Shown piece after piece: positions 1 to 12,379 of a DNA stretch of 35,764 bases. This stretch comes from Sphaeroforma arctica JP610 (lineage: Eukaryota). Each line of letters opens with the position of its first letter. Position 1 is the first letter of the stretch. A model generated the notes under the pieces. That model was not told the DNA's origin and searched no databases. It was given only the letters and a program-made list of their open reading frames with translations. The stretch covers positions 47,304 through 83,067 of the forward strand of contig NW_014040412.1 in assembly GCF_001186125.1 (NCBI RefSeq). Direction: 5' to 3'. Position numbers and translations under genes: made by a program.

Positions 1-34
<34 letters not shown>

Positions 35-217
35 TAATATATATATATATATATATATACATTAATATATATATATATATATATATAATAATAAATATAT
101 ATATATATATATATATGTAGATCTATATATATTTATGTAGATCTATATATATATGTAGACATATTTAAATAGGATATATATGTAGATATATATGTATATA
201 GATATATATATATGTAG
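1..217. repeat. (TA)n-rich microsatellite, probably inside an intron of the minus-strand gene
   Basis: Near-pure TA runs with interspersed TAGA/TGTA. It lies downstream (minus sense) of a GTAGGT donor at 313. Confidence 0.95.
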
Positions 218-309
218 ATGCCAAAGCGTTCGAGAACGATACCGAACTTTTCAAATTTTAAAAACCCTCATAATAAACATGTCTATGCTAAAGTGAACGT
301 GAACGATAC

Positions 310-1444
310 CTACCTTCCCACACGAATACCCAAGATCACCGTGGCCTTCACAATTGGCCGTATGATCATGGTTCGTGCAGGGGTCGCTGATATATCTCCC
401 TGGCCTGATGTAGTAGTCGTACCACTCTTCGCACTATAAGCGTCGGTAGTAGTAGAATTACTATCAGCACCACTACTTACTACCTTCGCAGTAGAGCTAC
501 TAGTAGCAGCACTACTGACACCCTCGTCGGTATCTTCAGCGGTAGGCATATTAGCGATAGGTGCATTGGCATTACCACCTTCGTTATCGTCCGTATGCTC
601 GATTGTATTTGTATTACTATGAGACACGAACTCTTCAAGATCCTTATCGGATGGCAGTATGGTCTTCTCGGGTTGCTCAGTCCCACTAATACCCGCCATG
701 TCGCTATTCGCAGTTATATCGTTAACAGTCTCCAACTGATCCTCTGGCGCGTCGCATAGTCCTTCGCGTTTCTCACTACCACTACTAGCCGACCCCTCAA
801 CATCGGGCAGGTTCTTATCGGATATACTGTACTTGGCCAATACATAGCCGCCCTCGTCACTATTCGATTCCGTATTATTCACGTCTGGAGTGTGGGTGTC
901 TTTCGCTTCGCTAGTTCCTTCTGCTGTGCGACTATTGGTAACATTAGCACTGTGTTCGCTTGCGTCTGTGCCTACGTTGCTTCCATCACTGACTGGTTTG
1001 TTGCTTGAAAGCTCATCCACCCCTACCATTATATCGGCCGTGTTCACGCTACTTACGGATTCATCATCAGGAGTACCGGACGTATCGTCACCACTTTTAG
1101 AAGCGTGTGTATCCGATTCAGCATCGCCGGTACTGCAATTACCTTTCGGGTCGATCAACTGTACTTTGGTCCCTTCTGTCCCTTTGATCTTATGGTCCTC
1201 AATGGTGGTCTCTATAGACGTGGCTTCTACCACCACGTCCTCTGGCTTAATATTAGTTGGCATAGTAACTTGCTTGCTTGTCCCGCTTTTATCCCAAAAA
1301 TTCAGATCCCAATTTAAACCGCGCACAACCTGTATATAGCGTGCACAGGTGAATATGAAGGAATGAATTAGGAACGGATCATATATTTACGTACGTGGTG
1401 CTTCCATCGTCTTGTGAGACCTCACAATCGAAAGCACAGGCCAT
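310..1444 (-). CDS. Hypothetical acidic Ser/Thr/Asp/Glu-rich, largely disordered protein; multi-exon and probably 3'-partial
   Basis: Exon 1 is 1444-1391 (ATG preceded by in-frame TGA; MACAFDCEVSQDDGSTTY). A 61-nt intron 1390-1330 (GTAAAT...TACAG) is phase 0. Exon 2 runs 1329-314 in the 338-aa ORF frame. The ORF stop at 312-310 sits inside a strong donor (GAAG|GTAGGT), so the gene probably continues past the window start. Confidence 0.75.
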
Positions 1445-3531
1445 TCAGTAGGAACTCGCGAAATAAATAACGTAGATTTTAACTTTCACCAGGGCATCAT
1501 CGTTTGACTTTTCTGTATTGTAACGAGACAATAAACTGCGAGATCACTGCGAGATCACTATGATATGAAATCAGAAAGGAGCAATTGAGATGATATTCGG
1601 ACTGATTTTAACCGAAGCTTTTGTACGTTTCCACTCAACGTTTACATTGGATTGGTCCTGTATCTGTGATTAGGGTGCTGTGTTTGGGTTCTAAGGTGCA
1701 AAATGTATGTAGTAGTTTTGTATATAGTCTGATTATACTTCATACTAAGTAGGACCTGTTCTCACCCCCATATACGATATAACGTTTTAATTCCAAATCT
1801 TTGTACGTTTACAATCGACGTATATGTTGAAACTATCGTAACGTAATTAGAGTTGCAACGTTTTGGACCCCCCCCCCTTATTTTCACATGCAATTTCGAT
1901 GAACGAATGAAAAACGATAAAAGGCTTGGCCGCATAAAGGAATTCCGTTTGGACTATTTTCATTGGATTCCAAGATATCGTTGCAATCATCCTGTCATTA
2001 ATGTTCGTTTTTGTTTCTAAATAATATATATAAAACATTCATTCCGGAACCGAAATTCGTTAACTGAATTGAAAATTTGCACACTGCAAAGTGCAGAGTG
2101 CAGAGTGCAGACTTGAGAATAAATAAATACGCAGAATTGAGAATAAATAAATACACGGGGGTACTATTGAGCGCCTCTCTCTCTCAGAGAATGCGCTCTC
2201 TAGTTTCTCTCTCAGAGAGAGAGAAACAAGAGAGAAAGGGCAGTGAGAGAGGTTCAGTACTACAGTAGTCACTCTCTAGTCAGTACTGTGTAGGCTCGGG
2301 TGGCGGGAAGGGCTTCTTGTAGGCTGTAGGCTGTAGGCTGCGTCAAATTTAAAAAATTCAAAATCAGGCGAAATTCGTATTTATATCTATGGCATTTTTA
2401 GAATTCTTTGAGGTTTTACCGAACAACCTCGACTCCATCTTAGTCTCTGTGTAGTATCTATTTCCATAGCCATAGCCATAGCCTTCTATAATATTAACAA
2501 GACGGCCGCGTCATATAGGGTAATACCGTTTTACATAACATTATAGCACCATTGGTGTTAAAATGAATTTAGTATGTGAGCATCATCTCAGACTCACAGA
2601 GACTCTGATACGGGATACAGCTCTCAGTCTATAAGAGTCTCACACCCTCGAACCTCACATGTACATGGCAGCGAGACTCAAGTCCCCGACGCGAAATTGG
2701 TCCACTCTGGTGGGCCCGAAGGCCTGAGCCCTGAGGGCTGAGGCTGCCCAAAAGATACAGAAGGGTCTGGAGTCTCCGAGCCTGAACTCTCAATTCTGAA
2801 CGCAATATTTACATAGACAATTTATAACAAACGACAATCTACAAGACGGTACTCAACATACTACCACTATTTAAATATTGATCTAAATACAATTGACAAT
2901 TGTATCCGTATCCGAGCAGAATCGGGACCATCATTTTCAAAAGTGTTCGGCGTACAGGACGATCTACCGATGAAATTCTGGCATCAACAAAAAGTTTGAA
3001 AAAAACCCCAAATATTGGAAAGACATGCGCTACATAATATATAATCACACAGCGCCACAAAAAAAATTATTCGAACGAAAGTGTCCCCTTTTCAAAACAC
3101 TGCCAACGCTGCTTGTACATTAGCGTCATACATTCGTGCTAATTCGGACACGGGAGTTTGACCATTCATGTATGCAATTGGCAGTAGATAATACATAATA
3201 ATCGATTTGTGTGTATTACTATGCTCATGTTGAACTCTAAATCGAAAGGAGAGAATACCTCACTTGCGCTCTAGTACAAGGTGAACATCTGAGTTTATCC
3301 ACCTGTTGTAGTTGACTAAGAGTATCATAGCAGGCTGTACCTGCTAAATAAAGTATTGACATGTGTATCATATTCTGACTGCAACTGTATCGATTACGCA
3401 CACACACAAACGCACACAGTAGCCAATAAATTATCCCACTGTTATACTTAAACAATGGAGTACTTCGCATCTCAGTTAAATATATTGAGTAGTAATAGTA
3501 TATGATTCCTTCAAATGGGATTCTGATTATT

Positions 3532-3850
3532 TCAGATATTGGCGTATGTACAATTTTACTGTATCTATATAGTAAACTTGGGAAGTATCAGGAGGATTCC
3601 AAAGAACTATTTATTATGGATGTTTAGCATGTAGAACAATGAACATGAGATTTGGGATTTGCGGCGCATGTACAAATGTACTACTATAGCATATCAGATA
3701 TTGCCGTATGATTTTGCTGTATCTATATAGTAAACTTGGGAAGTATCAGGAGTATTCCAAAGCACTATCTACTATGGACGTTTAGCATGTAGATCAATGA
3801 ACATGGATTTAGGATTTGCGGCGTAGATACAAATGCATTACTATAGCATA
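3532..3850. repeat. Tandem direct duplication, about 162-bp unit x2
   Basis: TCAGATATTG...CTATATAGTAAACTTGGGAAGTATCAGGAG...ACTATAGCATA starts at 3532 and again at 3694, with scattered substitutions. Confidence 0.9.
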
Positions 3851-5001
3851 CACTTATTACTCGGAAGTAGGTAACGAAATTCCAACTCATTACGCTAAAG
3901 AATGTATACAAGTGCTCAGTTGCAAGTGCTGATTAAGACAGCGATCCATTCACATCGTTTCTAGATGATATAGGCTATTCCCATTCGGCTATTGTACTTG
4001 TGGAAGTTGTCGCGGTGGACTCGTGGAATGTAAATAAACATAATACAGCATTAGTGTAATTATTAATCCATTAAGGAATATCAGTGATCTGGCCGTCAGA
4101 CAACAGGCAACATTATCAGTCAATTTATTATATTGTTAAAATTTGTCATCAATTAGTCAATTACTCTCGTTAAAGCACGAAAGATTTGCAATTGGATGCA
4201 AACAAAAGCCACGGACCACTTACAGGCTAGAATATCTTCTATTTTTGTCGTACTGCCCCAAGTATGCGACATCAGGAAATGAATTATAGTTTACGACAAT
4301 ATTGAGGAACGTTAAGATTCATTTGCATAAATACGACTATTGGTCACCCAATGCCTATTTGAGACAGGATTAACTACCGATGCCAAATATGTCGTAAACT
4401 GTATGCTAAATTTCAATTGGTCAAGCAATCCTGTAATATGGGCTTTTTCGAGGGGCGTTGTATTGAATTTGCCGAAAAGTGAGGAGCCGTATGCAATATG
4501 AAGCACAGGCAAATACACAAACGCGGATCTTGCGTACGTAGCTGATACCGACTAAGCAGTGCGAGTGAGTGAGATTCGCGATGTGTGATAAGGACAATCT
4601 TCATACTCTTGCTTGGCAGTGAACGACTTGATAGCTCGTCTTCATTTACTATAATATCATAGTCTGCCTGGTAGTATAATACAAGTGAGGTCTCAATCTA
4701 CAATAGTACATCGGTATATACACTTGAAAGGGTCGCGGTGGTTGCGGTCTAGCAAGTAGATACAGGGTGGATAGGGACTAAATAGCCAGTTGTGCGACAA
4801 TACTGGAGAAACCTGCATACTAATATCACCTTATATATATTTATATATATACCTATATATTGCACGCCATCTGTATAGCGAATCTATTGATCGGTGCATG
4901 CGCCGCGAGAAGCGATCACTAAAAAGGGTTTCACTTAAGTGCTTTGTGTGTTGATAGGGTTTAGTACTCGAACCAGGATACTATCTGAGCTGTATGGCAC
5001 T

Positions 5002-8000
5002 ATGCAACGAGACAAGAAGACAGCCCCGTCAGATAACATGTTCTACTGGTTTAACGAGCAGCATCACTCGCGCCAGAAACAATCAATCTCACGAACTCTA
5101 TCACAACCCGTCGTCGGAAAGGTGAGTGATCACATTTCACATAATCAGCTGCCACTGTCTCGTTAGGATACGACTAGAGTTAACCTATTCATAATGAGAT
5201 GTCCATCGAATTTTTTGTGTTGGTTTGCATAAGTTCTCTCATAATAAAGGCGGATTTAGTCAGATGCATACAAGTTCAAAATGTTATGAGGTGTCACAGT
5301 TTATTCTCTTGCTGTTAAAAATTGAATTGATTGATTTTGTTTCCCTGTGTGCGTGATATCTTCATATTGTTGTAGCTTGCGAACCTTCTTTGACCTGATG
5401 ATAGTTGAATTAAAGTTACAAAGCCAACCCTTCATTTCCAAACCACCATGTCCATCAAACTTTAAGACGTTGATTCTAATAACAGGCGCTCACACGCTTG
5501 TACTGCAACAAAAGCTTCCTTGTCTGTATGCGTCCACCAAAAACGTATCCAGTATCTCTGTAAACGGACTATTTCTCACAATTCCATACATATTCTCGCT
5601 TCAATCATAGATGGCCGGTCTAGAACTCAACGGCCCCGTCCACGGAAGTACAGGGCCTCGTTATAGTCAAGGAGGTGCAATGGACGGCTCGTCAGGCCCC
5701 TGCCTTCCATACGGACACAGTATGAATAACTACAACATGAATCCCTTTTACATACCTATGGGTCCTACGAGACAGCGTCCGTCATACCGGAATCAAACCG
5801 GTATACCGATGCACCCCACTTTGGGCGTAAACGGCACGAGTGCTAATCCAACTATAACCCCCCGCTTGCCACCCCCGGCTAGCTTAGCACTAAACTCGCC
5901 GTTGACCTCCACGCCTCAGATGCTCAAGGCTAATCCTCACGCGCAGTTGCAATCGGTGCCTCCACTGTTCCCGCAGCGGTTAGACTCCATGCCCCGAGTG
6001 GCCATGCCAATTGGGACTATCGAACAGTCCGATCACACCCTGCAGCTACGCAAAGCGAGCTTAGACCTCACACACACCTCAATAACCAGCCCGTTCATGG
6101 ACACATCGTTGGGTCCTCCGTTTATGAACCAGGGCCTGTCTAAACTGTCCGAGCATTTGGTGACGGAAACACTGCACTCAACTGCGTCGCCTTCGCCGAC
6201 CGATTTCAAGCCGGCCTCTAAATTGGACCTACTCAATACAAGTATGTGACCTCCGAGTGTACTTTGAGGTTTTGGCCTGGGCTCTGTGTAGCTTCCCCGC
6301 GTGTTTTCGATTAAGTGCTGCGTGTCTTGTCATTTTAGGAACATGAAAGCTATGAATTTAGAGCTGGTTGGTAGTCTGTATCGTGGTTCGTGTGGGTGGC
6401 ATGCTTTTTATGTATTAACCACAGCGTAGTATCGATATACACAGTTTAAGACCAAGCTGAAATTCCTGTCAGGACTTGATCATTGATGTGACATGGGGTG
6501 ACTATTTCTTTCCTCTCGTTATGTATGCTTGACAAAAAAATGCTTACATGAGTATAGTGGGCCCCATGATCACGTAGCTTCCGTACGTGCTTCCTTCCAC
6601 GCCAAATAGAAATAAATGTAGTCGAAAACCAGGCATAACGTAGTCAGACTATGTCCGCATGATTTCACCTTGTGGTATCGTGCATTTTATGGTCGCCTAC
6701 CATAGGGGTCAGCATCAGTATTGTCCACGTGTGCGGAGTTCTGAGTAATATTGTACACTATCGTTCATTTATTGCCAATGTTTGCCTTGTTATTTTACGG
6801 TGGCCCTAAGCACCACAGAGTCTCCGTGTATTGAGTGACATGATTACATAACCAATTACTTAACTAAAAGTTAGACTACTTATCGAGAAAATACTTCTCA
6901 TATGCTAATCTTTGCTTGTCCTCGTACTCAGCTAAACCTGACTCGCCTGCCCTCGAGTTCGAATCAACTATCAAAAATATATTCTCGCCAGTGTCAATGG
7001 CTCGCGTCAAGACTGAGCAAGTCGAGACTACAGTCACCCCACCCACCCCCACCGCTCTGATGGCTATTCTTACTGGAGAAAGTGCGGTACCAAAGGAAGA
7101 ACCCAAGAAGCCTGAAGCGGGCAAAACCTCCCCTGAGAACGAAACGCCTACCAAAGAATGCAAGAAGGACGCTAAACTGGCAAAGTTGAAGTCCACTACT
7201 TCGGACGGAAACTCTGGCGGCGACACAGAAGGTGCAGAGGATAGTGCCGAGAAACCATCGCGGAAGAGGCGGTGCTTTAGGGAGTTAGTGAGGAATGTCA
7301 AGTGTGGACACACGGGCTGTGGACGGTTGTACGCTACGGAGAGCTCGCTGCAGAATCACATCCGCATCAAGCACGGCAATATCCGGCCCGAGAATGCGGG
7401 TAGTGGACACGGTATGTGCATGTAGTTGTCTCTCTTTTATACTTGAAACTCGGAAAGTTCATGCTCTATGCAAACATCTCTGCATTTTCACTCACTTTCA
7501 ATCTCCTGTCCTTCCTAAGTTCATGCTCTATTCAAACATCTCTGCATTTTCACTCACTTTTGATCGTCTTAAGTACATGCTCTATTCAAATATCTCTGCA
7601 TTGTTACTCACCATTAATCGTCTGTTCCTACTAAGTTCATGATCTATTCGAACATATCTGTTTTTCAATCATTTTTGGGCGCCTATTTCTCCTAACTTTA
7701 TGCCGATTCAAACATATGTATTTCAATCATATTAATCACCTGTTCTTCCGGAGTTTATGCTCTGATATTCAAACATATCTGTGTTTTCACCCACTTATCA
7801 TTGCCCGTTTAATTCTCACCCGTTGTTTCCAGTGTCGAGGCGTCACAGTAGTGCGGGCGAGAAAAAGACTCGCAAAAACCCAGTCGCTCAACGGAAGAAG
7901 TCTGAGGCAGTTGAAGTATCCGAGCCCTCAGAAAATACCACACATAATCCCAAATCCCCCACACCCACACAATCCGCATTCCTGCATAGTGCACTAGTTG

Positions 8001-8749
8001 GGTCGCCGCTACTACTGTGCTCGCCGGAAGCAAATAGTACCGGCTTACTTAGTAGTCTGAGCCCATCTTCAGATCCGGAATGGAGGTATGAAACATGTTC
8101 CATGTCGCAGTCACACATGCTCTTGTTCATTTGTTTATTATTCTGTCGAGGGCAAATTTTTTCGAGACTTTATCAGAACTTTTAGATGGGTTTTTATTGA
8201 ACCTTACAACCTTGTCCTTGTTAAGCTAACATTACTTCACGCATACAACATGGTTTTCACAACTGTATTTGAATCTGCATTGGTGCACCGTCAGTTCCTC
8301 ACTGCTCTTTGATGTGGATCAAGCTGCATCTCTCACCTTGCCCGACTTCTTCGATACGGATTTCACAACTTCGAATAGTCTCGGATTGACACCGGGAAGT
8401 CTTTTAGACACCGGTCTATCCGGTAATTTGGTAAGTGTATCGACTTGCTGTTGTCCTTTAGTGAAACAGTGAAACAGCATACTTGTAAGCATATACCATA
8501 CTGTAGAAAATATCCCAAGACTCTCCATTGCTCTGCCCTTGCAGCATTACGATTGTCAATTGACCGGTGGTCTTTGTTGGGTTGTTTGGTGGCCTTTGTT
8601 AGGTTAACCTTTGCGTATTCCTGTATATTGCAACCGATATCTTCGTTGAGCATTCGTACCATCTTTTCTCACATGTCTACGACTCCCACATCCCATACTG
8701 TCTTGTATAGCTCCTTGACGATTGGCTGAAAATGGATGACTTGGTATGA
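5002..8749 (+). CDS. Single C2H2 zinc-finger transcription factor (Con7-like finger with basic N-flank), about 552 aa, 6 coding exons
   Basis: Phase-consistent exons 5002-5121 (donor GTGAGT), 5611-6241 (GTATGT), 6932-7411 (branch TGCTAAT, donor GTATGT), 7833-8085, 8295-8430 (GTAAGT) and 8711-8749; total 1659 nt. Finger RKRRCFRELVRNVK-C-GHTG-C-GRLYATESSLQN-H-IRIK-H (C-x4-C-x12-H-x4-H) at about 7261-7374. Pro/Met-rich N-terminus and acidic-hydrophobic C-terminus (LLDDWLKMDDLV). The first and last exons are less certain. Confidence 0.8.
7455..7810. repeat. Intronic minisatellite, about 57-60-bp unit x6, degenerating 3'
   Basis: Recurring AAGTTCATGCTCTATTCAAACATCTCTGCATTTTCACTCAC fills intron 7412-7832. 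Confidence 0.9.
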
Positions 8750-9853
8750 AACAACAGCGTATACCAATGTCATGCAAATAAGTCTTCCGTCTTCCGGAGC
8801 ATTGAACAGGCATTTGCCAAAACGTAGCCGTGAGGACCATTCCAATCACTCAGCATATACGCGCCGCCATCGATTGTTAGAGTTGAGTCTCTATCGATGG
8901 GAGTCCCGCAGCGCACAACGCAGCCAGCCGTCTAATAACAGGACTCGCTACATACTTGGGAGCAATCGGTGATGATGTTATGGAGGATTCCATCACGTAC
9001 CAGAACCGATTCTGATGAATAGTATTGAGCAAACGCCTCGCATCACTAGTAGTCCTTCATGTTCGCCAAATAGCCGCGACAGAATCTCAAGCTTCTCGCA
9101 TTAATTATTAGTGTAAATAGAATTAACGCCATCGCAAGACTAGTCTAAAAGCGATATACTTTTACACTCATAATCTCACTGAGCAGAGATCGCTCTCACA
9201 ATAGCCCGGTGGAAATAAACTGACCTTATGTTAAACAGTTAATCCTCGAGGCACAAGTGTTTTACTTAGTAGGCTATGCACAAACCCTTTTTCTTCTTCT
9301 TCATATTCGAGGTCACTAAAGTGAAGACAATCTGAATACATACTGTCTATAAAACATTGCCTATGACTTTGCCAAACGTCTACATTTTTAGCAGAGAAAT
9401 TTAGCCACAAATCTACGCGTACAATAGTATTCAACTACTAGCAATCCGTTTTCTTACCATTCGGTAAGAGTGTGACCTATTATGATGTACGAATGATATA
9501 CTCCCTCGCGACACCAAGTTTAGCACTCAAAAACATCACAATTCATGTGTCTACAGTAGAATGCGGCCATTGCACAGTGTCCTCGTACGAGATTGTCACA
9601 GTGCATCGTGTATTTTATTTGCGCGATGGATCACAACGACTATTGTAAGTTGGACACAAACCCCCAAGCGCAAGAATGGACTACAAACTCCACAGAGCAG
9701 TATGCGCACTCAATGTGATTGAAGCAAGCATTTCTTGGACCGGTGGAGAGGGCGATCGCAGATTGTATTCAGAGTCATTACCTGGTGGCCAAGTGATAAC
9801 ACGACAGGAGCAACAACAACAAAAACGTTCGTGTAGCCAGGTAGAAATTACAT

Positions 9854-10050
9854 TGTAGCTCTATTCGTGTTGCTCAATAATAAGGTACATGTTCTAAAAT
9901 GCAGCTCTAGCCATATATCTCGAAACCTTGTGTGTAGCCTGCGCAAGTCCATGTAGATATTAAGTTGTAGCCCTATTCGTGTCTCTCAAAAAGACGATAC
10001 ATGTTCTAAAATGCAGATCTACTAACCATGTCTCTCGAAACCTTGTGTGT
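9854..10050. repeat. Degenerate direct repeat, about 85 bp x2
   Basis: TGTAGC.CTATTCGTGT...TACATGTTCTAAAATGCAG...TCTCGAAACCTTGTGTGT at about 9854 and about 9966. Confidence 0.8.
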
Positions 10051-12379
10051 TCCACTCAGGATGTAACTTGCGCAAATCAATATTCAATCAACGGGCGAGT
10101 GCGACTGATGACTTCGTTTGCCACCTTGCGGTCAAGGCGTCCAGCAACACTCAAGCAGTCAAGAACTCGAGACTCAAGCATAGCCCTCTAAACTGTTTAG
10201 TTTAGAAGGCTGTGACGCACCAGAAACAAGCAGTCAAGCAGAAGCTTGTCCTATGTTTTAAAATATAAATTCCATCATTGATCACAATTTCCAATTTCAA
10301 AAATCGAGTTTATCTCTCGGAGGGAGTGTTCCATACAGCACGTGCACAAAACAAACGGCGCGTCTCCCAAAGTAAAAATGCATAAATATGTTTGTCTGTA
10401 TAGACTATTCGCTAATCACTATAGTCTTTTCGAAAAATATGTCGTCTGTTACTAAGTTTGTATGAAGTTCCAATACCAGGAGGATTCAGACTATCTTTTA
10501 TTATTTTTAAAACTTGAATATTTCTCAAACCCTCATTAAGTCCTCTCTGCATACTATTATAAAATGATATATAAAAAGCCAAAGTGTGAGTCAGGTAGGA
10601 GCGTAGGGACAGTGCTATACTGCTATTATCATATTTTTAAAATACAAATAAGGGCAAACAGTGGCCACGGGTATGCATAAGAATTAGCGTGTTTGTTCGA
10701 AATATCTCTGACACCGTCACTGCGTCACACATCAGGACATAGTTTTGTTTTGAGACTTGAGTCTTCACTCTTGAGTCTCGAGTCCCTTCTTGCTTGTTGT
10801 AAGCTTTTGCCTTTTGATGACGCAGCTGATAGATCCCAGTTGGATTTAGTATGTAACTGTGTAATTTTACAATATTTACCATACCCTCCTAAAGTAGTAC
10901 TTTTATACTTTTGCACAGACCCACAACAAAAATAGGCAAATACTCTCCTACTCTCCGAGTCTCCGACTCTCCGTTAGTCTCCGTCGGCGTCGAAGGGACA
11001 AAAGTCAACAGACAGAGAGAGGAGAAATTTAGATAATTCGAAAAATACAAACTATAAGAGCAGATGAAACTTTTCATTTACTGGTGCATTCATCCCTATT
11101 TCCGATATTATAATTGGCTAGGTAAAACAACGGCATTAAATTTGATCAATACAATAACAGAATTCATAGTTTGATGGGCACGTGCAAAATAAATAGCTCC
11201 GAGCTGGCCGTCAGACTCATCTCTCCCCACCCCAGGGCCCAGAGAAGGCAGACTCCAGAGTCCAGAGTCCAGACTCACAGTTAGTCAGTTACCAAGCGAG
11301 AGTCATGACCAGTCATGACTCATCCGTCACCACTCACCCGATGTCTCAGACTCTGGCTCTGGGTCCCTGGGATGAACACTCAGAACAGTCATCTCTCAGA
11401 CTTGAGTCTGACTATTGTGAGACTTGGGAGTGTAAGGCCTGAGCCCTGGGCCCTGGGGTCTGGGGCCTGAGACTGAGAGGCTGAGACTGAGCGGTCTACA
11501 GAGGTTTTGACTTCAGAGTCACTGACACGGCTTTAAAGTTGTTTTTTCTGCTTTTTTCTAGTTTTGTTTAGAAAAAGGCTATCTTTTTGAAATAGAAAAG
11601 CAACTCAAAATAGTCTTTATAGTTTATCCCCAGCAGAGGTCCAGAGTCCATTCTCAATCTCCAGACACCAAACTCGAACTCCAGCAGACACTACCAACCA
11701 GGAAATGAAAAATAAAATCTCATAAAATACTGTTTACCAGCTGACTCGGGACTCTGGACTCTGGACTCCTGGAGTCTGGGACTCTGAACTCCTGGAGTCT
11801 GGGACTCTGGGTTTGACTATAGGGCCGGCTGGCGGCTGGGTGAAAGAAATGAGGTTTTGACTTTTAGTGGGCTACTGGACTTCTGCCTTCTTGGGCAAAC
11901 CGTCAAAGTCAGTATGCGTGTTTTTTTTGTTTTTTTACAATACGATTTGTTTTTAAAGTGTCTCAAGAGTGAAGAAGGCTACATACGATTTATATGTACA
12001 TTCAGATACATATTTAATTTTTTTTTCCAAAATACCAATAAACGACGATTAAACATTTACGATAATATTTGCCATTTACGATAATTGTCTACTAGATACG
12101 AAGGTCTGAGGTTATACGACTATACAGTATGTCGTAAACATACATTTATTTTTTAATTATTATATATCCGTAAAATTGTAAAACCTCAACAAGAAAATAA
12201 ATACAAAAATGTCAATCTTTTAAAAAAAAATATATAAAATTTAAAAAACACAGGATAAAAATTAGTATCTAAGATAATGTTGTTGTTGATTTTTTGAATG
12301 AAAATTACATCTGAAAGAACAGAACAGGCAAAAGAAAAGCCAGTCCAGCCGTTTCTAACGCTGCACTAACATTAATTTA

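Noticed and set aside
890..1339. 149-aa plus-strand ORF (and 218-439)
   Set aside because: Antisense shadow of the low-complexity minus-strand exon; no independent splice or domain support.
8750..9110. Possible extra 3' exon(s) of the zinc-finger gene via the GTATGA donor at 8744
   Set aside because: Candidate acceptors gave only short, unconvincing peptides; the in-frame TGA at 8747-8749 is the simpler end. Not fully excluded.
9200..12100. Short ORFs (60-80 aa) between the zinc-finger and Mlx-like genes
   Set aside because: No recognisable domains, and I could not build a consistent exon chain.
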